From: Octopus sinensis
Lineage: Eukaryota
NCBI RefSeq assembly: GCF_006345805.1
Contig: NC_043003.1
Location: 62,372,001 to 62,436,000 of the forward strand
Length of the DNA: 64,000 bases
Direction: 5' to 3'
Positions 25,240 to 34,917 of this stretch are shown piece by piece. The notes beneath the pieces were generated by a model. It was not told where the DNA came from and searched no databases. It worked only from the letters and a program-made list of their open reading frames with translations. The stretch's first letter is position 1. Every line of letters starts with the position of its first letter. Both the position numbers and the translations under genes were made by a program.

Positions 25240-25415
25240 CATGATGCCTGAAGGGAGTGAGGGCTGTACTAGCAATGGGCTGGTTCTCTTTTCTTGCTGA
25301 GTAGACTGGAGCAATGTGAAATGAAGTGCCTTGCCTCAGGATACAATGTATTTCCTAGTCCAGAAATTGAACCTGTAACCTTGTGATCACATGCCCAACA
25401 CTCTAATCACTTAGC
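25240..25415 (-). mobile_element. CORE-type SINE fragment
   Basis: gctgagtagactggagcaatgtgaaatgaagtgccttgcctcaggataca...gaaattgaacctgtaacc. Confidence 0.7.
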
Positions 25416-26647
25416 CATATTCTGTCAAGGTTTCTACATTATTGATTAGGAAAATACTTTCAAGGTATAAAATTTTGCTATCTTTCAATAATCACTTCAG
25501 TGGTACTATTGATCTTTTGGTTAGGCATGTTCACATATGTTAACTGACCAAAGGGCAAACTGGAGCAACCTGCAAGCCATAGATAACACCTTACATGTGA
25601 TCAAACACATAGAAAAATATACACAATATATATCAAATTTAAAGATGTTGCTCTAAAAGCTTTTCTGCAATGTGAATACAAACAGCCTCACAATAATACT
25701 GTTAAACAGATAAGATATAAATATCCAATTTATTTCATGCTATCTACAAGAATACCAAAAGATGTGATAAATAATGAATTTCAATGTCTTTTTAAGGCCT
25801 TTAAAAACCTACTCTGTATCTACACTGAATGTGAATGTACAGTTACTGCCAAATCTTTTTTTTTTTCATCCATTGTTCCAAGTTAGGTAACATCCCATGG
25901 TTTATTTGCTGGAGCAGTTGTTTTTATTGTAGATTATTCTTTCAATCTCTAATCTGAGTACTAAGAAGTGAAATCTATTTCTTGTTCAGTCAGGCAAACT
26001 GGAGCAAGCAGATTTATGTGCTTTGCTCAAGGGTTTAACACAATGGTGGTTTTAAGATTTAACATTCTGAACACATAAAAGCTTCGTGGTTTTTCAAGCA
26101 TATCAAATTCCAGTTCTATCTATTTCTCACTCACTGATCCCAGAGAGTTTTTATCTCATACCTTATGACTTAACACAACAGGAAAATTGGTCCTTCTAGC
26201 ATACCTAACAAAATCCTGAAACTTTTTTAAAATGAAATATGTAAACTATTGGCCCTAAGCATTATTCTACCGTTTTCAAACAAAGCATTTGCTGTTAATT
26301 TAAAAATAAAGTAATTCCTGGTTTCAAAAAATATTTTCCACCGAAGCACTGCAACTATAAATCTATCTTTCTGTTATTTATCATTGAAAAGATAAGGCAT
26401 TTACATCTAATAGAATTTCTTGAAAAGTTTCAATGGTTTCTTTCTATGCGGTTTTGATAATTGAAGAGCCAACCAGTATTATGTATCTTAATTAACAGCA
26501 CCAAAAACATGCACAAAATTACAAAGCTCTTCACTAGTCAATGTACATCTTGGTCTTTTGTTAAATCAAGGAGGCAAAGGGTATATTCAGGCATCATAGC
26601 ATTATACAACCTACAAGATCTCTCACCCTGCAAAATATTAAAATACC

Positions 26648-26860
26648 ATCATCATCATCATTTAATGTCTGTTTTCCATGCTGACATTGGTTGAATGGCT
26701 TAACTGGAGCTGACAAGCCAGAGTGCTGCACCAGGCTCCAATTGTCTGTTTGGCGTAGTTTCTATGACTGGATGCCCTTCATAATATCAACCACTTTACA
26801 GAGTGTACTGGATGCTTTTTATGTGGCACTAGCATGGGTGCTTTTTACATAGCATCAGCA
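26648..26860 (-). mobile_element. RTE LINE 3' tail
   Basis: (CAT)n ttaatgtctgttttccatgctgacattggttgaatgg...ctggatgcccttc. Confidence 0.75.
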
Positions 26861-27261
26861 TGGGAATTCATGAAGTTTGTGAAATCTTCTTTTCCTCCAT
26901 TTTCTGAACATGATTGATATGTTAGCAGAACTCCAACTGAAAAAGCTTCCACATTTGCAGCCAGCTTTATATCAAACACCAAGCTTGCTACCATGTACAC
27001 ATATGTGCCTAGTAAAAAGAAACTCTTCTAATCGCTTCAAATCAACAAGGCCATCAACTCTGGTAATGTCCCTTCCCTCTCAAACAACACATCCAAAACT
27101 ACCCCTTATCTTCACCAAACTTTTCATTCTCTCTCTCTCTCTGTCTACATGGATCTCTTCTAATCTTTGAAACATGCCACAGAATTTATTATTACAAGAA
27201 GGCGAGGACAACCCTTCTGATCTAGCCAACTATTGTCCAACTGAGAACAATTGTATATCAC

Positions 27262-27339
27262 TTGTTGTTACCATCCCTTTTGAAATGTTGTCCAATTGTT
27301 TTCAATTGTACATCATTTCGAAAGGGATGGTAACAACAA
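27262..27339. repeat. 37-bp-arm palindrome inserted in the CR1
   Basis: ttgttgttaccatcccttttgaaatgttgtccaattg-tttt-caattgtacatcatttcgaaagggatggtaacaacaa; 3 differences between arms. Confidence 0.9.
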
Positions 27340-27562
27340 CATCAATCTTCTATAATAGATTGAAACTCTCTCCCTCTTCAGTGATCACCAGTATGGCTTT
27401 TGTAAAGACAGCTACACAGGAAATCTAATGTGCCATGTTACCAACTAGTGAGCTCTTGCCTTTCGAAAGTTTTATCTTAACAGTGTAGTTGTACTTGACA
27501 CAAGAACATAAGATAAACTCAGTCCCTTAATCAGTTAAGAGTTGCCTCCCTTTCTAGCATTT

Positions 27563-27602
27563 GGTGCTGATGAGAAGATAACCACTTTGAAATGTGTGCA
27601 TC
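27563..27602 (+). ncRNA. degenerate minimal type I hammerhead ribozyme (Penelope-type tail)
   Basis: ggtg CTGATGA gaag-ataacca-cttt GAAA tgtgt g catc. Stem I, the core and stem II are present. Stem III ATGTGT is interpretable as CpG-decayed ACGCGT. The cleavage-site base is G, so it is probably inactive. Confidence 0.55.
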
Positions 27603-28842
27603 CTTTGAGCTGGATAGAGTCTTACTTTGAACTGATCTGTATGTTTACACCTTTTTGTCCTCTGTGAGAATATTTATAGATGACAAAATGTTGTAAATGA
27701 CCTTCTTACAGGTTTGAAAATATTTAAAGCATATTTGAACTGGTAACACGTTCACTATATCTCACCATGTCTAGCACACAAATCTTCTGAAAAACTCACC
27801 ACCAACTGAGTTCCATTCATCTCTTGTCTCTTGGATTGATGTTTTCTTGCCGGACTGCATCATCAGGATCTCTACTGATGGAACTCTCTTTTACCCACAC
27901 TCAGTAACTCTGATGGATTCCAAAGTTTGGTTTTGTCTTCCAGTGTCTCCAGCAATGCCTGCTCCTATGTAAATGACAACCTCCTTAATACACCTCTAAT
28001 CTTCCATGCATAATGATCATTTCCATACAATCTTGATACTCTACACCAGAGCCCAAGTGACTCCATGAACAGAGACCTTAAAAACACCCTCCAGATGGAT
28101 CAAATGGTTAATTCCAATATTGTCTCTTTCTAGTACAGACACTATCACTATGTATATATCAGGAAAACATCACTGCATTTTATATCATCCCTAAATTATG
28201 AGCTGCATACAACTAGAGCCCTTGTGATCTCTCCAAATTCTAGGCCTCAAAACCATTAAGAATCTTGTCTTGTAAATATACTTTGCATGTCAAAAATTGG
28301 CCTTCTTATTTAGGGGCAGAAAATACTTCACCTTTTATCAAATACTTACCCATTACAACCTGGCTGGAAGATGTTGTTATACATAGAGACAATTTAAATT
28401 ACATTTTTCAAAGGCCATCTAACTTTCATTTGCCAAAATACTTCTAACCTTTTAACATGCTACTTTCTTTTCTCTGCCCCTTCTTCTGCTACTGTAGTAG
28501 TAGTCTCTGCTTTTCAGAATTTTCTGGCATTGGACCACTTCCACACCAACACACTTGGCTTACTCATCTCATTTCCTGTCATCACCCATATGATGCATCT
28601 TTCTCTCAGACTACCCACTGTACCATGCCTTTGCCGTAATATTGCTCTCCTATTACAATTCCCTCCTTGCACTTCTTGTGACTTACAACTCGTTCAAGAG
28701 GAATGTTAGCTGTATTGATCTCACTCGTCTCAGCATATTCCCTTTCTCTAGACCAATTCAATAAAAAAACTAAATTATTCTATACTTTCTTCTTTACCAT
28801 TACAACTAATGCAGTTTCTTCTTCTATTCAAATCTTATTTAG

Positions 28843-28915
28843 TCTGGGCAGCCATTTTGAATATATTTTTTATGTTGTAATTTGTGTTACTGTCTCAATG
28901 CTGTTATTTATACCA
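28843..28915 (+). CDS. candidate exon encoding a transmembrane helix (LGSHFEYIFYVVICVTVSMLLFIP)
   Basis: tcttatttag acceptor, gtaagt donor, 73 nt, single open frame (phase 2 in, phase 0 out), phase-compatible with 24633-24721. Confidence 0.25.
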
Positions 28916-30297
28916 GTAAGTTCAACATGTATTAATTAAATATCCAGCGTGGAATATTTAAAGGAAAACATCTTTCCATTCTCTCAAAACTTACTTTATT
29001 ATATTTTTGTTATGCCAATATCATTATTGTTAAAACTACCCAAATACATAAACTTATTCCCATCTTTTTATACTTCTTTGAAATGGTAACTGATGCACAC
29101 ACTTACATATTGAAGAAGCTAATGTTAGTTTCAGTAGTTCAGCCTATTTTCTATTAAATAGAACTGTTTGGTCAATGACATTGCCAGGTAACCCCTCAAA
29201 ATAATTGTCCAGGTATTAAAATGTAAAGGACGTCATTCATTAAATATCCTTTGGATTTTATAGGCAATTATTCTGAGAAATTAATAGGCATGATGAAACT
29301 ACATTCAATGTAGCACTTATATTACTTTGTTAATGTCACAAAATGTTGCAGTATATCATGAAGTTAGTTATATGATCTTCCATATGGGATTTACATGGAA
29401 ATTTAATTAGAAGAGCTTGATATACTAGAGACATGCGTTAATCAGATGTGCTTCTCTACAGATAGTGATCTGCAATATTTTTCATTTGAACATTCTTTAA
29501 TGCTTCCCCCTGTCGTACTGAAACCTGCTTGCTTTTCTTCCTAGATAAGAATTCACATAGCAGTTTCCTAGATTGTGCATCCTGCTGCTGCAAAAAAAAA
29601 AAAAAAAAAAGGAACTTCCCAAACACTTGTAAATTTCTTCGCTATTTATACTAGAACATAAATTCAAAAACAGGAAAATAAAAGGGCTCTTTTTCTCAAG
29701 ATTTTCTTAATTTCATTTCTATGATATTAGCAACACTTGTAATTCAAAGCCAATTAATGTGCCTTTAATTTGTGATTCATATTTTTTCTTGTGTGATGTT
29801 CAACAGATTTAAAGAATTCTTATAATGCATTGCAATAAACCTAGTCCTTTTCCAGATATTGCTCCTTATTGCACGATTGTATGAGATTGTACTGCTGTGA
29901 TAGCCATTATCTGAGCTTCAAGAATTTCCATGTTTATGTTATTTTTTGAAAAATTCAGGTTGCAAATTTTCATATTATTGTCTAAAAGGCAATGGCAATC
30001 TAGTTGTTATAACCAAAACTATTATCTTTTGATGAGAGATTAATAATACTGGTCAACTAAATGAAACTTTTTTTAATCATCAGAGTTGCTGATTGACTTT
30101 TCTGGGTTAATTTTTGATACTGATTATGAATCTGAAGTCCGATTTCCTTTATCAGATCACATTTTCATGTTAATGATACCCGCTGTTTTAACTTATAGGA
30201 TATATAAAGCATGTCTATATAAAGTCTATTGAATACAAGATACGATAATTTCATGGCTTTTTATTGTACAAAATGAAAATTATTGTGTACAAATAAG

Positions 30298-31981
30298 TTA
30301 CAATACACTCAAATGCATAACAACTTGAAATCTTTGGGATTTGGACTTTCTATGGTGTTTTGTCTTGGGTTCAGCCCTGTATAACATCCAACAGTAGTCA
30401 GCTAACATTCCTGCATTCCAAAATCCTTGATATCCTTGTTCCAGCAATGCAATACCTTGATGAAAGCGTTCCCCTTGCTCATCAGACACAGCTCCAAGGT
30501 TCTCTGCAAAAAAGTCCAGATGTGGATCAAGGAAATGGACTTTTAGTAACATCCGACAGCCCATTGCAGCATAGGAGTCTAGAAGACATTTCACTCCATT
30601 TCTAAACTCTAGAGATCTCTTGTTGTCTAGGAAATTTTCACAGAGCCATTTGAAGGATTCCCAGGCTTTAAACTCAATCTCATCCAGTGCTGTGAGGAAG
30701 TGGTTGTCCTTCAGGAGTTCTTTTATCTGCGGACCTATGAATACGGCCTCCTTCAGTTTTGCCTCGGTGATTTTTGGAAATTTGGCCTTTACATATTCAA
30801 AACCTTCTGAACTTTTCCTGGCAAGTGTCTTCACAAATTGTTTCATGAGGCCAAGCTTTATTGAAGAGGGGGAAGAAGAACATTTTTGGGGTTTAAATGT
30901 GGCTTACTCTGGACGCTAGAAACTCCTGGCTCATAGGATTTTTGCATTGGCGACTCTGATTGCACATAGTGCTTGTTAGTTGCACGACTGTCCCATAGGC
31001 ATAAAAAGCAACAATATTTCGTGAACCCAGATTGCATTCCAATCACCTTCAAGTCTCCACATATTTTCCAGCTATAGTTTGTGTACTTTATGGCATTGAG
31101 GAGTACTTGCATGTTTTCATAACACTCCTTCATGTGCTCTGAATGTCCTATGGGAATGGATGGTTTCTTATTGCCGTTGTGTAGTATTACTCCCTTGAGG
31201 CTTCTCTTAGATGAATCAATGAATAAGTGCCATTCAGCTGGAACATGCTCTTGGAACAAACAGCAAACTAACTCATCAGTGTTATTACTGAAACAAAGTG
31301 GTCCATCAACAGAGAAGCATGAAGTCAAATCCCTATTTCTCTTCCTGAAACGAGTAATAAGCAGACACTTTTCTTGTAGGCAAGATGCTAATAGTTCAGC
31401 TTTATCCTTCGACAATGAAAAGTCTCTAACTAAATCATTTAACTCTCCTTGAGAAAATTTCTGTGATATGTCTTCATTTTCAATTGTGAAATCTGCATCC
31501 ACTTTGGTGTCTTCCACAGCAGTAGTATTTTCTTCAGGAAATACATCTTTGTCAGACATCTGAAGACCATTTTCTGGTGGTATTGGAATAGGAAGATCAT
31601 CATCGTTGTGTGATACTGGTTTTCTTGCTGATTCCAAGTTGGGATACACAATCTTATGCTGCTCTTCACAGTAAACCCACATACATTAACATTGCAGAAA
31701 TAACAGTCCATGAAATGATCCTTTGGCTCTCTCCATATCATAGGTATTGCAAATGGCATTGCTCTCTTCCTCTTATTTAACCAATCCCTTATTCCATTTG
31801 AACAAGCTGACCAGATGATGTGCAGGGCCCAACTCTTATCTTGATCCCCAAGAAAGCAGCCAAAGTATAACTGGCAGATCTTCTTGATTTCACTTGTGAT
31901 GACACGTTGCTGAGCTTTGGTGGTAAATGAACCACAGACATGACAAAATATATCAGGACTGTTCTTGCAATGCCTTGACAT
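30298..31981 (-). pseudogene. DDE transposase with N-terminal Cys-rich zinc-binding domain, split by two 1-bp deletions
   Basis: Three track ORFs join: MSRHCKNSPDIFCHVCG...WREPKDHFMDCYFC, (frameshift ~31640) HKIVYPNL...LFIDSSK...ICGDLKV...KYCCFLCLWDSR...LLPPL, (frameshift ~30860) IKLGLMKQFVK...HFLDPHLDFFAENLGAVSDEQGERFHQ...DYCW. Putative triad: D(FIDSS), D(GDLK), E(GERF). Confidence 0.92.
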
Positions 31982-32017
31982 CCTGAGTAGAATTTGATGA
32001 TGATGATGACTTGGTAC

Positions 32018-32114
32018 CTTAAAAAGAAAGTAAAATTTATGAAAAGAAAAGATTATGAAAATTTTAAATGATAAAATTAATACAAATAGTTATAAAACAG
32101 AAGTCAGAATCTAC
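32018..32114 (-). other. predicted 97-nt intron in the transposase 5' UTR
   Basis: Minus strand: cag|gtagat ... long U-rich tract ctttctttttaag|gtacc, ending 36 nt upstream of the ATG at 31981. Confidence 0.6.
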
Positions 32115-32614
32115 CTGTATAAGGCATTTATGTGTAGCAATACTGCTGATGGGAGTTATATATCTCTCTTATCTCATCAGAAAAACTGTGCCTGATAGAA
32201 GGAAACCGATTACATTTTTGAAATCTGCAGACAAAACTACATATAAAACACCATATAATATCCCTGATGAAAATTGGCTGTTGACCAGTGTAATGAGTTA
32301 TGTGGCTTGGTAGGTTGGGTAGATCAGCAGGTGGGTTTTCAGATAGGTTTGTAGAGTGGTATTTGGTAGATTTGGCTGCTATTTCAAGTTGGTCATGTAA
32401 TTTCACTGGCTTTTATGTAGTCTGGGACTTTCTATTCTAAGTCATGTTGATTTCAATAAATAGAGTAGCTGCTTCTATTTTTAAAGTACCTCTATATTTT
32501 TGACATGAAAATATTACTATGCCCCTCCCACTTCACTCTCTTGATTTTAAAGTTGTTCCAGTTGCCTTAATAATGGTTTCAAACTTTGGCATGAGGCCAA
32601 CAATTTTAGTGGGG

Positions 32615-32790
32615 TGGAGTTTGTCAATTATATCAACCCCATTACTAGAATGGTACTTTATTTTATCAGTCCCCAAAAGATGAAAAATAAAGTTGACCTC
32701 AACTGGATTTGAAATCTGAGCATAAAGAATCAGAAGAAATACCACTAAGCATTGTTGCCTGATGCGCTAATGGCTCTGTTAGCTTGATAC
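32615..32790 (-). mobile_element. SINE family C
   Basis: tggtactttattttatcagtccccaaaagatgaaaaataaagttgacctcaactggatttgaaatctgagc is homologous to 52570-52781. Confidence 0.7.
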
Positions 32791-33294
32791 CTTCCTAGTT
32801 GCCTTAATAATGGGATCCTTCAGAATGTTTTACACAAGCGGTCATTGTGATATAAGCCAAAAGTATTGTGATATTTTATCTTGCAGTAGTTGATGCTACA
32901 GTTTGGTTCACTGTTTGCATATTTAATTTGGCTTGACTTTTATTGCTAGATGCCTTTCATATTGAGAACTTCCAACAAATAAGTGCATTTATCAGAGTAT
33001 TAACAGTGAAAAGATTGTCAAGCAGACAAAGAAACCTATCTAACCTGCTAATAGGTCAAACTTATCAATGGCTTCCAAATGATTTCTAAATGGCCAATCT
33101 CCAAGAGTTGTTACTTCTAAACCTGGAAGGATAGTTCAGTCAAAAGTCCCAAAAGACACTATAGCACAAATGACAAATACAGGACTGTTATTCATAAGAA
33201 GTGGATTCTATGTACGTATTAATTACATTGAATTCACAAAATATACTAAGCAGGTCTTCATATGCCTGAGATATATGCAAATAATTAGCAGGAA

Positions 33295-33430
33295 TGGCTG
33301 TGTGGTAAGAAGCTTGCTTCCAAACCAAATGCATCTGGGTTCAGTCTCATTGTGTGGCACCTTGGGCAAGTGCCTTCTATAATAGACTCAGGCAGACTAA
33401 AGCCTTGTGATTGGATTTGGTAGACAACTG
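33295..33430 (+). mobile_element. SINE family B head
   Basis: ggctgtgtggtaagaagcttgcttcc...ggcaccttgggcaagtgcc...ggatttggtagac. Confidence 0.8.
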
Positions 33431-33436
33431 AAAAAA

Positions 33437-33745
33437 CATGTGGCAGACTGGCCAGGTTGCCAGCTTATCCGATGGCAAGTGGGCCCTTCGTCATTAGAAT
33501 CCATATATGGGGGCCGATGTTAGTATCTAAGGGGCCCATCCACTCAAGTTTGAGAATTTTTTATTTACTCTTGGAAGAATGCATTAATTATTTCAGCTTA
33601 GCTCTGTTTGTAGACAGTTGAAAAGAATACTTTTAACAAAATAAATAAATGATAGCATTGTAGTTGTGGGTGGGCACCCTTGTAGTTGTGGGTGGTCCCT
33701 CTTAGTCTCCTGGCAACCAATATTTTTAGATCCAGTCTGCCACTG
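33437..33745. mobile_element. hAT-like MITE
   Basis: TIRs gtggcagactgg / ccagtctgccactg. Internal ttgtagttgtgggtgg tandem duplication. No 8-bp TSD found, so the superfamily is tentative. Confidence 0.55.
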
Positions 33746-33933
33746 TATCAGCCAAGTTATTATTATTCGAATGTGACTTAGTCAGTGAATCTAGGATTTC
33801 CCTCTTCTTTCAATATCTCATTTGCCATATGTATTTCATTTCAATTTCAGCCAGCCTCCCTTTCTCATTACAAAATGTTTATATGATAAATTTGCTGATT
33901 AAAATGTACATGTGTATTAATTTAGTATTAATG

Positions 33934-33936
<3 letters not shown>

Positions 33937-33985
<49 letters not shown>

Positions 33986-33995
33986 TCAATAATAA
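33937..33995. repeat. (AAT)n microsatellite
   Basis: Directly visible. Confidence 0.95.
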
Positions 33996-34905
33996 CAGTT
34001 AGGTATGAAGGAGTATTGAGAGCAGAAAAAAAAGGGAAAACAAAGGAAGAAATACAAAAAGGACATGACGAAGAATTACATAATAAGGGACTACACAATT
34101 AATTCCATGTAACCACAACAGAAGTTGCTGAAAAAAATAGGTGGGATTGGCTGATGAAAGAACCCTAAAAAAAGAGACTAAAAGTACTATGCTGGCAGCA
34201 CAAGAACAAGCTTTGGCCATGAACTGGAGGGTCAACGTTAGGAATGAGTAAGTGTCTCTGCTGTGTTGCACCTGCAAGAGAGTGGATGAAACCATTGCCT
34301 ATATCACAAACAAATGCCCTTGACTCACCCAAAACCACTACACTGGAAACTGTGCATAAAGTGGGAGCTAGAGAGAGGCAAGACGGAATATGGACACAGA
34401 CCACAGAGAATGGCAGATTCGGAGACTAGCAAAATCCTTTAGGATTTCCCAGTCCAAACAGATCAGGTGCTAGAGCATTACAGACCAAACCTAGTGGTGA
34501 TGGATAACGTACACCACATACGCTATATAGTTGATGTTGCATACCCCTTTGACCCACCAATAGGTAAGGATGAAGATAAAAAGGTAGATAGATACAACCC
34601 TCTTAAGTAAGAAATAGCCCGGCTATGGAAAATGAAGAATGTGAAGATAGTGCCAATTATTGTTAGGTCCATGGGAACAATATCAGAAGGCATCAAGAGG
34701 AATGTAAAGGAAATTGGAATAGAATGCCCAGTAGAGCTGTTACAAAAGTTTTGCTTCCTTGGCACAACCAGAATAATCAGGAAAGTATTAGATAGCTGAA
34801 AAGAATGAATAGCATGGTACCATAGGCTGCAGGCAGTAAGCTCACTATGCGTGCAAGGCTCCAGGACCTCCAACAAAACCTGTGATAAAGAGAAAATAAC
34901 AATAA
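33996..34905 (+). mobile_element. R4/Dong-clade non-LTR retrotransposon, 3' fragment
   Basis: Decayed ORF: LKKETKSTMLAAQEQAL, zinc knuckle CCTCKRVDETIAYITNKC, ILxDFPVQTDQVLEHYRPNLVVMD...IVDVAYPFD...DKKVDRY (restriction-like endonuclease), QKFCFLGTTRIIRKVLDS* (stop 34797-99). Confidence 0.85.
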
Positions 34906-34917
34906 AAGCTAAATACT

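Larger units (their letters stand above)
26900..28700 (+). mobile_element. decayed CR1-group LINE (RT to 3' end) with nested insertions
   Basis: Eroded RT motifs in order: ...SDLANYCP (NYRPISL), LFSDHQYGF, LVSWIDVFL...DGTL, SMNRDL. The 3' end gttcaagaggaat is shared with 49150-49480. Confidence 0.6.
30047..32290 (-). mobile_element. complete Chapaev3-type (CMC superfamily, Transib/RAG1-related) DNA transposon, 2244 bp
   Basis: 11-bp TIR (tactggtcaac at 30047-30057; gttgaccagtg at 32280-32290, reverse complement cactggtcaac). TAA is present on both flanks (30044-46, 32291-93). Subterminal IR at 30139-30160 / 32188-32209. Internal transposase. The family name rests on recalled hallmarks (CAC termini, 3-bp TWA TSD, ~550-aa enzyme). 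Confidence 0.85.

Noticed and set aside
29543-29655. Possible exon encoding ...DCASCCCKKKKKK
   Set aside because: The reading depends on a 19-A homopolymer whose length is uncertain, and its phase does not fit the neighbouring candidate exons.
30360-31452. Plus-strand ORFs of 81-106 aa inside the Chapaev element
   Set aside because: Antisense shadows of the transposase reading frame.
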